A stretch of DNA of 64,000 nucleotides from Callorhinchus milii (Eukaryota), in the NCBI RefSeq assembly GCF_018977255.1, contig NW_024704742.1:9984001-10048000 (forward strand). Reading direction: 5' to 3'. The translations under genes and the position numbers were made by a program. The notes below the pieces were generated by a model. The model was not told the origin of the DNA and did no database searches. It saw nothing but the letters and a program-made list of their open reading frames with translations. Positions within the stretch are counted from its first letter, which is position 1, and each line of letters starts with the position of its first letter. Positions 1 through 13,239 of the stretch are shown piece after piece.

Positions 1-200
1 TTGAAGTGATCAATTTTTTTTTTGAAGGGATTATTACCCCCGGAAAAGCAATCCGCCAATCGCCTAACAACTCGGTTCCTACTTACTGCTAGGTAAACAG
101 AGGTGTGGAGTAGGGAAATTTGTCCAACATTTCGCCCTGCCGGGAGTCAAACCCAGGTCTCTCGCTTGCGAGGCGAGTGCTCTAACCACTGAGCTACAGG
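1..200 (-). mobile_element. tRNA-derived SINE, 5' half (runs off window start)
   Basis: Reverse complement reads cctgtagctcagtggttagagcactcgcctcgcaagcgagagacctgggtttgactcccggcagggcg (A box, anticodon arm, B box), followed by the same body as other copies. Confidence 0.9.
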
Positions 201-424
201 ATTAACAATGCTAATCTTACCTAATTGTTTGCAGCGTGGAATACAACCCAACCTGCTTATGAGGTGCTGGTCTGGGGTCCATAAATTCCGACCACGGATT
301 TTCTAACAGCATTAAAAAAAAAGCTGCCAGTCAGAGCTTCCGGGTTGTCAGGTCACCTCTGACATCACGTCCTATGCAAAAAAGCATCAATGGCATTTCC
401 TGCACACACACACATTCACAGTGA

Positions 425-710
425 CGTCCATAACAGTGCTGGGGAGCAATGAATAATTAGAGGTGTCGTCCTTCAGATGAGATGTTAACACGTTTTCCTG
501 TTCAGGTGGATGTTAAAAGATTCCATGGCACTAGTCAAAAAGAGAAGCGAGTCTTTCTCTCTCAGTGTCCTGGCCTACAATCACGCAGATACAATTGGTT
601 ATTCATCTCATAACTGTTTATGGGACATTGTGCATGTATCGTTCGTCCACAAAATACAATCACTACATTTTACAGTAAATCCTGTGAAGCACTTTGGGAT
701 GCCCTTACGA
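425..710 (+). mobile_element. Old Deu-domain-type SINE fragment
   Basis: gaggtgtcgtccttcagatgagatgttaa...ttcaggtggatgttaaaagattccatggcacta resembles the central domain of AmnSINE1/SacSINE1-type SINEs as recalled; similar pieces recur at 9330-9680 and 22606-22810. Confidence 0.7.
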
Positions 711-1428
711 AATCCCTTCTTTTTTCAATTGGTGCCCACGGGATCTTTAACATCCATCTGAAAGTCAGGTAAACATCGATTTAATGTAATTCTGGTTTAA
801 TTCCCGGGATGGGTGAAATGTTAGGCACTTTTCCTTACTCCAATGCCTCTCTGTTTACCTAGCAGTAAGTAAAAACCCAATTGTTCGTCGATTGGCCGAT
901 CGCATTCCAGGGGTAATAATCCCTTCAAAATATTAATAATAATTTGGACACTCAATCCACGACTGTCTGGACGGTCAAGTGGAGATGTTTCCCTTGGGAT
1001 CTTTTATACAGACTCACAATGGGTTTACTAACAATCCCTGCATTTCATATAGCACTTTATCATGTCACTAATCCTCAAAGTGCTTCACAGAGTTTTAATG
1101 TAAAGTGAAGTGACCATTTGTAAATGAACATGGCAGCTACTGTAAGTACTGCAATGTGCCACAAACATGCTTGTGTGGTTTATGTATGAAAGATTTCTCT
1201 CATTTTAGAATAAAATCGCAGATAATGATCTTGTGATGTCAATAACTCATTTCAATATTACAAAATGATTAATTTAAAAATAACCCTTTGCATTTCAAAC
1301 TCAACATGTGGCGGTATAAATATTTCCGCTGTCTAAAGGAAATTCACCTTCTGTACATTAGATTAGGATTCAAAAAGCAAAACACAAAATTGTGACCTTG
1401 AGTCCCACACAGCTTTTCTAGGCAGTAC

Positions 1429-1692
1429 TGGAGTCCTGCAGCTCAGTGGTTAGCGCACTCGCTTCACAAGCGAGAGGACCTGGGTTTGACTCACGGCAGG
1501 GCGAAACGTTGGGCAAATTTCCTTACTCCACATGTTAGGTGAATCACCTAACAATAAGTAAGAACCCAGTTGTTAGCCGATTGGCAGATCACTTTTCCGG
1601 GGGTAAGTAATCCCTTCAAAAAATTAACGATAATTTGGTCACTCAATCCACGACGAAATAAATTGGAAGCAAGGATTGTTATTATTATTATC
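1429..1692 (+). mobile_element. tRNA-derived SINE with internal deletion
   Basis: ggagtcctgcagctcagtggttagcgcactcgc head; ends in gcaaggattgttattatta tail. Confidence 0.88.
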
Positions 1693-2151
1693 CAAAGAAA
1701 GGCACCTCCAACAATACAGCACTTCCCCAGCACTGCAATGGAGTGTGAGCTCAATGTCCCAATGGAGGGCTTTTCGGTCTTTCATTTGGAAGGACAAGAG
1801 TTTCCAACTGAGCCAGGCTGACACTTATCCTGTCTATTATCAGTGCTTCCTGCCAATTACTCACAATTCTGTGCACTTCACTAGGATTTCCTTCAACATG
1901 GTAAATTATTAGAAACTCCTGAAAAGTTGCTGTTAAGTTTTCACTTCTAACTGGCTTAGCTCTCATTTTATGATCAGCCCTGTGTATTGTGCCTTTGCTT
2001 TGGATCCCGTTAACAGAGGGAAGAGCGTCCACCATTTAACTAATCGCATTTCCCCCAATTATTTAATCTCACCCTTTAAGTTCCTCGGCTCTAAGAAATA
2101 TCATCCAAGTCTGCCCAGCCTTTCATTATCCCTTCACTGGGTGAGCAAACA

Positions 2152-2500
2152 CCAACAACAACAACTTGCATTTATGTAGTGCCCTTCATATGGGGTGACT
2201 TCCCGCAGCGCTTGTCAATGCCAGAGTCTGACCCCGAGCCGGGGGAGAGGGAAGTGTAACAATCAAAAAGGAAGGTCTTCAGGTGGGATTTCAAAGTGGG
2301 GACGGAGGGGGCAAGGCGGAGGGATTGAAGGAGAGAGTTCCAGAGTTTCGGGGCATAGTGGCTGAAAGCACGGCCGCCGATGGTGGAGCGGAGGGGCCGA
2401 GGGACAAACAGGAGGCCAGAGGCAGTAGGGGGGTGGAGTGGGGGGTAAGCAAATCAGATAGATAGGGAGGTGCGAGGGCATGAAGAGATGAAACACTAAA
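2152..2500 (-). mobile_element. L2 LINE 3' fragment
   Basis: (CAA)n tail, 3' stem-loop and decayed ORF2 C-terminus (HALAPPYLSDLLTP in ORF 2291..2512). Confidence 0.8.
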
Positions 2501-3039
2501 GCAATGGGTCAAAGAACCTCCTGCTGTGTCAGATTTCTATAGTTATTACGCACGAATTGCTACAAATAATGACATTACATGAGATTTGAAGAGATCGATT
2601 GGTTGGTTTGTGACAACTCTTATTGTGCATGGTGCACGTCATAACTAACTAGTACTGGCATATAATTAAAAATCTTTTCTTCAGCAGGTTGGGCGGATTA
2701 CTCAAGCCCTCAGGGATGGGTGCTGAGACACTAGGTGAAACGCACAGACTAGGAACACCCAAGGCTCAATCCCTGGTTTCTGATGTTAGACATCCTGCAT
2801 CGAGAGCACCTCAGCAACCTTGCAGGGTTTAGGGAGGTAAGAGAAAAAAATCAGGCCGTGTGTCTGTCCCCGAGTACTGAGCCTTCAGCAACTGCAGCCC
2901 TCTCCTGCTGAACTCTCTTCCAAAACCATTTTGCTTTTCTTGCTTCCTCTCTCCCCGGCTGTTTCAACTAGTCCAGAATAGTAAAACCAGAGGCCCCATG
3001 TCCTGAGATAGAAAGAAAACTATCTAATCTGTGTTTAAA

Positions 3040-3297
3040 GAAATCCCTAGGGAGCCTGTTGCACAGGTTTACTATTCAGAATGAATCTACAGAAAGACTA
3101 TTTCAGTGAGCGAATAGTGAACCTGTGGAACAGGCTCCCTATGGAGTCGGTTGAAGCAGCAAGAGTTGATTCCTTCACACACAGATTAGATGGTTTTCTT
3201 TTAGGAAATAACATTATGGGATATAGTACATATACAGGAAGGTGGAAGGCAAACTAGATGGACATTGGTCTTTTTTTCGTCTAGTATTTCTTATGTT
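3040..3297 (+). mobile_element. CR1 LINE 3' fragment
   Basis: agaaagactatttcagtgagcgaatagtgaacctgtggaacaggctcc reads RKDYFSERIVNLWNRL, the CR1 ORF2 C-terminal motif; ends ttcttatgttc. Confidence 0.75.
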
Positions 3298-3971
3298 CAA
3301 AATGCCTTCTTAAACCGTATCTTTGCCATTACAACCAGACCACCTTTAAATCTCTCATTTTCCCTACTCGCCAAGTTTCTCAAGCGCTTTTAGAGTTCTG
3401 TTTGGTGGAAGAAGGCACCACCCAAATGCAAGTGCTTGCTCTCATGAATACTGCCCAGCAGCAGCACCAGTCCTGTGGTCACATGAGGACAGGGTCGAAT
3501 GCAGCTCCTACGCTCTACACTGCATGCATTTAGAATGTCCATGTCAGAAATGTACCAGATAATTCACCAGATAAAGAGGATGTGTGTGTGTGTGTGTGTG
3601 TGAGTGTGTGCAGGAGGGAGGGTGGGTGGAGATACAGAAGATTAAAAGGAAAAGGGACTTCCCTAAATAGTTATTCATCGTGTTACATGACCAGCACTAA
3701 CACATTCTACCCATGGCACTGTTGGCAGGTTTTTATGTGAAGTAAAACCACTGCAACCGCCCCCCGGAAAATCTTGCCTTGCAATGCCAATGGGATCATG
3801 CCAGCATCTCTCCTGCATGGTGTCTGCCCACATGGATATTACAAACCATAATCGTGCACACGCTCAAGTCTGGCCTCCAACACACAAGATAAAAAAAGCT
3901 TAAAGAAGGAAATGTCAGGTTGTATAAGTGCAAACAGAGCTTTTAGTAGGTACTCACTGGGCCTAAAGCAG

Positions 3972-4088
3972 TGGAAGCACTTCATCGCTGGTCACGAAGG
4001 TAATCCGAGCATTCCCAAAACGTCCTCCTTCTGTTGAAGAAGCCCTAAAGCAGATCGACAACTTGCATGTCTCTGACGACCACAGAAG
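3972..4088 (+). CDS. Candidate internal coding exon, product unknown
   Basis: Perfect donor AAG|gtaagt at 4088; 117-nt phase-2/phase-2 open frame GSTSSLVTKVIRAFPKRPPSVEEALKQIDNLHVSDDHR in non-repeat DNA; acceptor lacks a pyrimidine tract; no homologue recognised. Confidence 0.25.
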
Positions 4089-4453
4089 GTAAGTCAACCA
4101 GAATCAATTGCCGTTATAAAAAGCTGAGCATTGACCCAATAATTTGACTACAGTCAACTGGGTAGAAAGGGAAGGGCATAGGCAGAGGCAAGCCCTACCT
4201 CATAAAGCCATTGTGATGTTGCTATGATGTTGCTTGTGCTTTGCAGTTTATAATGTCTCTATCTTCCTTCAGCATATGCCCTCATGTTGGTAATCCTAGT
4301 CCAAGAAATAATGACTGACGGAACTGGATTGGAATGATTTGGATTTTAGGGGTAGACCTGGAAGGTGATGTAGAAAATTGGGCTAGGATATTACAAATGA
4401 AGTTCAATACAGACTAATGCAAACTGGAGTAAAAACAGTCCAGCATATACAGT

Positions 4454-4803
4454 AATAATAATAATATAATAATCCTGGCATTTGATATAGCACCTATGTC
4501 TTCGAGACGTCTCAAAGCACTTCACAAAATATACTGTAAAGTGAATTGACTGTGTATTTTGTGGGCAAAATATGGGAACCAATTGTGGACAGCAGTGTCC
4601 CACAAACAGTCGAGGATTGCGTGACCACATTATTTTTGGAAAGGATTATTCTCAGAAAATGATCCGCCAATCGGCTATCAACCAGGTTCCTACTTCCTGC
4701 TAGGTAAACAGAGGGGTGTGGAGAAAGGAACCTTGCCTGATTAATGTCAGTTTGTATTAGTCTGTATTGAGGATTTGCCCTACTTGGGAATCAAACCCGG
4801 GTC
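4454..4803 (-). mobile_element. tRNA-derived SINE, near full length
   Basis: (TAA)n tail and body collinear with other copies; head truncated near B box. Confidence 0.85.
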
Positions 4804-6339
4804 TTCGTATGTTTTGAACATAATTTTCGTGCTACACCTTCATGAGATAAAGGGTCTGAGAGCTATTGTGGAAAAGTATCATTGAGACCATTAGCCTGGT
4901 GTGAATTTCCAAAGCAAAAAATGTAGTGGATTGCATAAAAAGAGATAGAATACATATTAAAGCAAGTTAAAATCACATTATTCCTTAAGGCACTGGATAA
5001 CCGTCATTCCCTTCCGCCATCAATAATAATAATAATCCTTGCATTTGCTATAGCGCCTCATCACATCTTCGAGATGTCTCAAATCGCATCACAGAATATA
5101 CTGTAAAGTGCATTCACGTCAGGAGGATGTCCCAAGGCGTTGGACAGTCAGGGATCCGGACCCGAGCTGGTGGATGGGATCAGGAGGGGTGGAGGGCGGG
5201 GAAGGTAGGGGGTAGGAGGGTGACCGAAGGCACAGTCGAAGAGGAGGGTCTTGAGATGGATCTTGAAGGAGGCAAGGGAAGGGGCGAGGTGAAGGGACTG
5301 GGATGGAGTTCCAGAGGGTGGGGCCTGAGAGGACCTCCCTCATCAGTTGTAAGAGCGGTGAGGGGGAGAAATGCCCAGACTTCCAACAACTTGCAAATAT
5401 AATAATCCTTGCATTTGATATAGTGCCTTATCACATCTTCAAGATGTCTCATAGCTTTTCACAGAATATACTGTAAAGTGGAGTGACTGTATATTTTGTG
5501 GATGAAACGCGGCAGCCAATTACGCACAGCACTGTCCCACAAACAATTTAAAAAATCATAGGAAAACCTAAAATGACAAAGCTTCAACCATCTTTTGACA
5601 GTGGCATGCATCTCCAAATCTCTCTCTTATGGTTTGTGTCCCAGCATTTATCAAGCACTTTAGATGTTCTTTGAAGTGAAAGGCACCACCATACAAGTGC
5701 TGTGCTGTATTTGTGTGTTAGATGAAGCCCATTATTGGTTTCGAAAGCGAACAGTGTTGACCAAAAAATGCTGATTGCAGGTAACAGGAGTTTACAAAAG
5801 GAACAAAAGTTAAGGAAGTTGGATATGTTCCATTTTGTTTTCCTGTCCCTAAAATTATAAATGTTCCCTTCCAACTAAGTGACAGGAATACTTATTAAGA
5901 CATCAAAGGGAAACCTCAGACAAAATGAGGATTCAACACAGTTGCAGCCCACTTTACATTCACTGCGGACTTTGATGCTAATAAAGATCAAGTGCCAAGG
6001 AATGAACAAAGGCTATTCATCTTCCTGTGTGTACTGCTGCCTGTCGAACATGAACAACCACTACCAACAACAACAACTACTATTTGCATTTATGTAGCGT
6101 CCTTCACACAGTGTAGCGTGTTGGGAGTATTACATAATCTCATTATCATAATCGCATGAGAGTCAAATTTCTCTTTCACAACCCCCAAACACAAATAAAT
6201 ACAAATTCCATTCAATTAATCATTACCATTTTAATCTAACATTACATACTGAAAGCAACGTACTTCCTTGCTCTTCGAAAAGGTCTCAAATTCAACAATA
6301 CAAATTAATCTTAGTGAAGTCTTTTAGGGATCATTTCTA

Positions 6340-6800
6340 AGCCCATAAAGGGAAGCTGCTGAAAGCACGGCTGAGGACAGTGGAGCAGGGGGCACGAGAG
6401 GCCTGAGCCAGCTGAGCGGAGGTGGAGGTCTGTGGGTGTAAGCAGGTCGGAGAGGTAGGGAGGTGCCAGGGCATGAAAGGATTTATAGACGAATGAGAGG
6501 ATCTTGAAGTCGATCTGTTCTTTGATAGGGAGGCAGTGGAGCTTAGTAATGATTGATGTGACAGGGATATGGAGTTCAGAGTGAGTGAATATAAAGTTTT
6601 TGAATTAGTTGGGTTTTGGAGCCAGGGACACTGGAGAGGAATAGTCAAGGTGGGAAGTGACAAAAGCGTGGACGAGGGTTTCAGCTGCATTGGGTGTGAG
6701 GCTGAGTCGGAGGTCAGGCAAGTCAGTAATCCACAAGCATCTTGTTCTTGAGCCACAAGCAATCCGGAAATTAAGTTCTAGGCTGACATTAAGTATCCCC
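6340..6800 (-). mobile_element. L2 LINE ORF2 fragment
   Basis: ORF 6605..6802 contains LTPNAAETLVHAFVTSHLDY, matching the other L2 copies. Confidence 0.8.
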
Positions 6801-7074
6801 ACTCAAAAAAGGGAGTTTATTCCAGTGTCCTGGTCAATAATCTCCCAAATAAAGATTGGTCATTGATTCAAGGCTGTTTAATACACATTTTCTACATTTT
6901 GCAGCATAACTTATGAAGCACTTTGAGACATTCCCCCAACGTGAAAGGTTTTATACCAAATCCAAGAATTATAATTTTTTTATTTAAGAATGCCTCTCAG
7001 CCCATTTGATCTTATCCTAATATTAACCTTAAGACCACAGACAACAATATTCCAAATTAAGAACAAGTTGTTGA

Positions 7075-7435
7075 GACTTATAGTTTAGTGGTTAGAGCAC
7101 TCCCTTCGCAAGCAAGAGACCTGGATTCCATTCCCGGCAGGGCAAAATATTGGGCAAGTTTCCTTATTCCACAGGGCTCTGTTTACTTAGCAGTAAGTAG
7201 CAACCCAGTTGTTAGTCGATTGGCGGATCGCTTTATCAAGGGTAATAATTCCTTTAAAAAGATTGATCACTTCAATCCATGACTGTTTGTGGGACGCTGC
7301 TGTGCGCAATTGGCTGCTGTATTTCACCCACAAAATAAACAGTCAATTCACTTTACAGTATATTCTGTGAAGCGCTTTGTGACGTCTCGAACGCATGATA
7401 AAGCACTATATCAAATGCAAGGATTATTATTATTA
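7075..7435 (+). mobile_element. tRNA-derived SINE, full length
   Basis: Head, body and atcaaatgcaaggattattatt tail present. Confidence 0.9.
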
Positions 7436-7479
7436 AGACTGTTTTCCAAAACTGTTAAAAAGGCTGTCCATGAAACCGA

Positions 7480-7493
7480 CCACTAGATGGCGC
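7480..7493 (+). promoter_or_regulatory. CTCF-binding motif
   Basis: CCACTAGATGGCGC matches the CTCF core consensus CCAC(C/T)AG(A/G)(G/T)GGC(A/G)C with the CpG intact, in non-repeat DNA. Confidence 0.6.
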
Positions 7494-8935
7494 TTGTGTT
7501 TTACCAAAACCAGATTTCAGGGGGAAAATAATCAAATGTAGACAAGGGATTACATTTATTGTTTTTTTCAATTCGCTTCAAATCCAAATGAATTAAAATG
7601 AATCATAGTTCACCTGAAAGGAGGTAGGGTGTGAGAGAAAGCCTATAAGGGTATCACTGTGCAGAATCATCATATAGTGTGTCCTGTGAGAAAGTGGGAA
7701 TAGACAGCACTAGACAAATCGAATGGTCTTCTGCAATAATAATAATCCCTGCATTTGTTCCAACGCCTTATCAAGTCTTTGAGACATCTCAAAGCGCTTC
7801 ACAGAATATACTTAAAAATGTGAATTGACAGTATATTTTGTGGGCAAAACGCAGCAGCCAATTGCGCTGAGTCCCACCTCAAACAACGGTGAGAAAGCAC
7901 ATTTGTAACAGGAGAGTCAGAAAGAACAACTTGCAATAACTAGATGTGTTGTTTTTTCCATGGGATCGACCATTCCATCACCCGAGTCCCCGCACCCAAA
8001 GACAATGACACCTGGTCACTGGAACTGCACCCTGAGTCTCTCTGACTTGCCCTTCCCTCCCTCCTCACTTTCAAAGCCAGCCTCCAAGAATTACTTCTTT
8101 GATCATCATTCCCACCCGGCTTGGCTTCCCAGCCAGCAGCGCGAAGCACTTTGGACGAAACCCTGGAATTCCCTCCCTCAATCCCTCTGCCTTGACCCCT
8201 CCCTTCTCACTTTCAAATCCCTCCTAAAGACCATCCTTTTTGATCGTGTTTACAGTTACCTTCCCCCTCCCTCTCCCCCTGGTTCGGCGTCAGACTCCGC
8301 CACCCAAGTGCTCTGGGACGCTAACCCACGTGAAGGGCACTATATAAATACAAGTTGTTCTCCTCACCACAAGAAAAGGTGCTATATAAATGTAAATTGT
8401 ATCCTAAAGTACTGTTCTGGATTTGCTTTTTCATTCCCATTTTTAAAATCTAATATACCTCTATTGTCTCCACAGAGACATTTCGTTTCAAGACTGAATA
8501 GCCCCAGCTTGTCTAATTACTCCTTGCTCGTTCCTCTAACACTGGGGATTATCCACGTTGCTCTCCTCTGAACCGCCTCTAGGCACTGTACAGCCCATGT
8601 TGAATTGCCACAAAGCGTTCATTAAAGATAAGGAATGTTGGGAATAAGGAATTAATGTATCAACACTTGTTACCATCATTCTGTTCTTTGTTCTGCGGAA
8701 CAGTCTGAGAAGTTTTCTTACGTGAAGTGAAGGGTGCTTTATAAATGAAAGCTGTTCGTCCTTTTACCCAAATTATCCTCTCCCCTCTCATCAATGCACC
8801 AATAATATAATCACTGAAAATGTAAGGCATCTGCTCTTTTTTATGATGGAATGCAAGTCCCCAGGCTGCTAGACACAGATTGGGAAAGAGAGCCAAGTCC
8901 TTGAGCAATGCTTCACTTTCAACAATAACTTGCAT

Positions 8936-9273
8936 GTGGAGTCCTGTAGCTCAGTGGTTAGAGCGTTCACTTCACAACCTGGGTTCGATTGCCGGCAGAG
9001 CGAAATGTTGGGCAAGTTTCCTTACTCCACACCCGTCTGTAGGAACCTGGTTGTTAGTCGATTAGCTGATCGCTTTTCCAGGGGTGATAATCTTTTCAAA
9101 AATAATTAGTCACTCAATCCACGACTGTTTATGGGACAGTGTGCGCAATTGGCTGCCGTGTTTCAGCTACAAAATAGTCAATTCATTTTAAAGTATATTC
9201 TGTGAAGTACTTTGAGATGTCTCGAAGACGTGATAAGGCGCTATATCAAATGCAAGGATTATAATTATTATTA
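8936..9273 (+). mobile_element. tRNA-derived SINE, full length
   Basis: gtggagtcctgtagctcagtggttagagcg head; (ATT)n tail. Confidence 0.9.
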
Positions 9274-9690
9274 TATAGCGCCCATCACACAGGATAGCAT
9301 TCCAGAGCATTTGACAATGGCGGAGCTCCACGGTGCTATTGTCCCTCGAGTCAGATGGTTGTGGGTTTAATTTCCAAGTTGGGACTTGGAACTCATATAG
9401 TCTTAGCTGACCCTTCATTGCAGTGCTGGCGGAATGCTCCATCGTTGGAGGTGCCGTCCATCAGATGATACGTTAAAGATCCCATGGCACTATTCAAAAA
9501 AAGTGAGTTTCTCCCAATGTCTTGGCCAATATTCCCCCAAATAAAATTTGGCCATCCATTTCATGGCTGTTTGTGGGACATTACTGTGTGCAAATTGGCT
9601 GCCACATTCGCAGTAAATCCTGTGAAGCGCTCTGATTCATCCTGCAAATATGAAAGGCAGTTTAATAAAATCAAAGGTTTTTATGTATTA

Positions 9691-9917
9691 CTAGAGCTAC
9701 CCATTGCAGCTATTCTTGCAACCATGTTGTTGAGTGATCAACTGCCATGCACGTGTGATGCGCTTGCTTAGGTCACAATTCATCAACAATAAGAGATCTC
9801 CAAAAATTTGCACATTACACTCCCCCATGCAAGACCTTTCCAATGAGGTATAAATCTTGTCTGTCAATCGGTTATTGCGTTATTGGCAGACACACACATT
9901 TTGTCTTTATTAGTATA
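9691..9917 (-). mobile_element. Non-autonomous Helitron-like element, copy 1
   Basis: Minus strand starts TATACTAATAAA and ends CTAG|T with a degenerate subterminal hairpin; homologous to 20166-20430. Confidence 0.6.
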
Positions 9918-12476
9918 ACAATAATCCTGATATTAAACTGGTTTTATACTGTGAGGGGCTTACACCTTCTATCTGAAAAAAGAGGCTACTGTAGTGCAAG
10001 CAAGATACCTATATCACAATAACAAACTGCTGTAAACAGCCAGAAGTGGTATCTTTTCAGGGCAAAACTTAAGGCAAGTTTCCTTACTTTACACACCTCT
10101 GTTTGCCTATTCACGACTATTTGTCATGAATTGTGGCTGGTGTGTTTCCCCACAAAATATACAATTCACTTTACAGCATATTCTATGAAGCATTTTGAGA
10201 TATCTTGACGACAAATTGTATCAAATGCAAGGATTATTATTGTTATTATCATTGTCCCAATCCTCAATTCCCAAATAAGAGCAGGAAAAAAAATTCAGAA
10301 GACAGTTGCGGATATTCAGGCTGAGCTGAGGGTCTACGTTTTCTATTCTAACTGGATGTCACTGTGTGCCCGATGTATATCAATCCTCTGTCAACCTGCT
10401 GACTCGGAGGCAAGAGTGCTACCAAATGAGCCAGGTTGACACTATCAGTAGCAATCTTTCCAGAGTAGCAAATTAGTTTAGCACAGTGGGATATGACCTG
10501 TGCTCCTGGGTGAAGAATGCCTCTCAACTCCTTTTTTTTCTCATCTCTCCTCCTCTCCTGAAGCCGCAAGACTTGCTTTTTTCTGTTCCTGGGCTACGGT
10601 TCCTTGAGGAAATCGGCTATAGAGGCCATCCTGTCCTAATCCAGGATTCACCTTCCAGCCAGAGTGTCTGGAGCAAGAATCCTGAGGCAATCTACAACAC
10701 TTGCCCCCGAATTGAATGCGAGACAACACACGTGAAATAAAACTCATCACTCTTATACAAAACACTATTGGAACACCATTGAGCTCAGGCATACAAAAAT
10801 CAATGCAGGTGAACAGCAGACAAATGTAATGGAAAACATGCAGCAGGGACAAATTAGACTGACCTTTGTGCAGAGTCCCGGCTGTGCTGTGACTCAGAGG
10901 TCCTGGTTTGGCTGGGTTTAGTGGGGTACACGTGGTCTGCATGGTTTGTCTGGCACAGGCTCTCTGCGGGATTACTGCGGGCACTACACACAACGCAGCA
11001 ACAAATCTGATAGATGAGAGTCAGCCTCACTGTGTACACTACACAGCCAGAGGCCAACCTTCACAGTGGCTTTGAAATGTGCAGTACTGGACAACTATGA
11101 ACTCACAAGGAGAGACCTGACCTTTGCCTTTCAGTTAGTCTGTTGTTCAAGGGGCAAATCCTTATCCCAGCCACTGGTTAACTCAATCGGTCAGGGGACT
11201 GACTAACCTTGAAAGCTTTTGACCGACCAATGCAGAGTTAAAAGCAGGACAGGAAAGGATTGAGCAGCTCACGCTCAATGTAATGTGCGCTCTGGAACCT
11301 GTGCCCTGGTACGAACTATTTCAGGCGGGAAGCAGACAAGTAGACTAATAGTACTCAACAAGCTCTGATCCTACTTTGTCGAATGCCAGAGTTACAATCA
11401 GCAATGCTGTAACCCACAGTCCATTCTGCAGCATTATATTGCAACACTATTTACAAGTGACAAATTCCTGGGACTGACCTACCAGGGTCCTTGGCTGAGG
11501 TCAGCTCAATGAACACAAGGCCAGACTCACTCGATGATCAAAGACACAGTCTGCCAGCCCTGTCTACCGTCATGAAATCCGAAGCTCACATCTCTACGTC
11601 GGGCTCCAATAGCTCCTATGAACACGAGACTAACGGGATTAACACGAGAGGATCACCGGCCTTTTCACCACATCACAATTTTTTTAATAATCTGTTTGAA
11701 GATATGATTCATTGCAATTTGTCAGTTGAAATAAAAGGAACTCTTTCCAGGTGAGCCTGTCCCTGAGTCAGAGAATTGAACCAGAGCAGGTGCCAGGGTT
11801 TATCTCAGATATTTGATAGTGTTGAGGGTGTCAGAAGGTGTTCGGGAGAGGGGAGAGCACGGAAGGGTAGGTGGGAACCCAAGGCTCTTCTTGAACCTGA
11901 GAGCATGCCACCTTCTGTTAATGGTGGGGAAGGAGAAGCTTTTGAAGCCTCGGAGCCGCTCCCCCCCACGCACACCTAGCTCCTTATGGACTTCACCTTG
12001 AGCAATGGTAAGGACATGACAATTGCTCTCTGTGCCCTGAGGCTTATTTCCAGTCTGCTACCCTGTGACCTCTGCTGAAAGATACAAAGATGTATGTTAC
12101 AGGTGAGAACAACAAGTTGCATTTATATAACGCCTGTCACACAGGGTGCCATCCGAGAGTGCCTTGGACAGCATCAGACTTCAACTAGTTTCCAACATTT
12201 CCCTGTTGAACCACGTCTCAAAAGGATCTTCTTCTGCACAACCTTCACTTAAAAGACTAGGTTTGCAATTTCACAAACATGAAGCTATACCAGCGATGGG
12301 AAGATGTCTGGCCATGGATCAATGATCTTCAAACTCAAGACGAGACAAGTGGTGTGGTTATTGCTCCGCTGAGAGCACAGAGAAACCAAAAAGGATTTGC
12401 AAACTCTTGACTCCATCCGCAACAGCGCTCACAGGATCTGTGCTGTTCAAGGCTGGATCTGCCGGATTTTTGCAGC

Positions 12477-12545
12477 TAGTTTTCTGTGCTATTAAACTAA
12501 TCTGTCAAGCTGGCTGACACATTAGATTAATAGCACAGAAAACTA
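12477..12545. repeat. 69-nt near-perfect hairpin
   Basis: tagttttctgtgctattaa pairs with ttaatagcacagaaaacta (19 bp), plus ctaat/attag and tgtca/tgaca. Confidence 0.9.
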
Positions 12546-13239
12546 AGGCCTGAAATTCCACCTCGCTTTCGCCCATAAGATCATTTTGTTTTAAAATTCA
12601 GGACTGTGCAGAGTTGTGGAAAAACTCCCTTTACTTTTCCAATAGTGAAATGGGATCTTTTAACATCCACCCAAACAGGCAGGAAGGAGTTTGGATAACC
12701 TCAACCACAGGACGACACCTCTGACACTGCAGTACAGTCCTGAGGGAGAGCTGCACCGAGTTGAAAGTCCCAATGTGGGGGCTTCAACCCACAACCATCT
12801 GACTCAGACGCAAGAGTGCTAGCAACTGAACTAGCCTGTTGTACAGGAGGCACAACCTCACAGAGTTAAGTAATGGTGGTATTCCCACATAGGTTCCATT
12901 CTGCCATCATTATTTTTGTTCTGCAGAGATCATTTTTGATTCCCGAAAAATAGCTTCTCTATAAGCACTCCCGAGACGCCGCCTGGAGTGAAGGCTGCTA
13001 TATAAATGCAAGTTATTGTTGTTCTCTGAACTTATCTGAGCACTACATTCGCCAGTTTGGGGAGTTATTGCCAAACATATTTTAGCCATATTCTTTCATT
13101 ATACAAAGGGGCGGGTATAGAAGGACAGTACAAGAACTTTCAACTCTTAAGTTCAACAGTGCCATCAATCAGGAATCGTCATATTCCAAACAGAATTGCA
13201 ATAACTTTCTGTTCTGATTCTCGTAGCCTCTATTATAAA

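Noticed and set aside
2539..2647. Imperfect inverted repeat tagttattacg/cgtcataacta
   Set aside because: Arms too short and diverged to call an element
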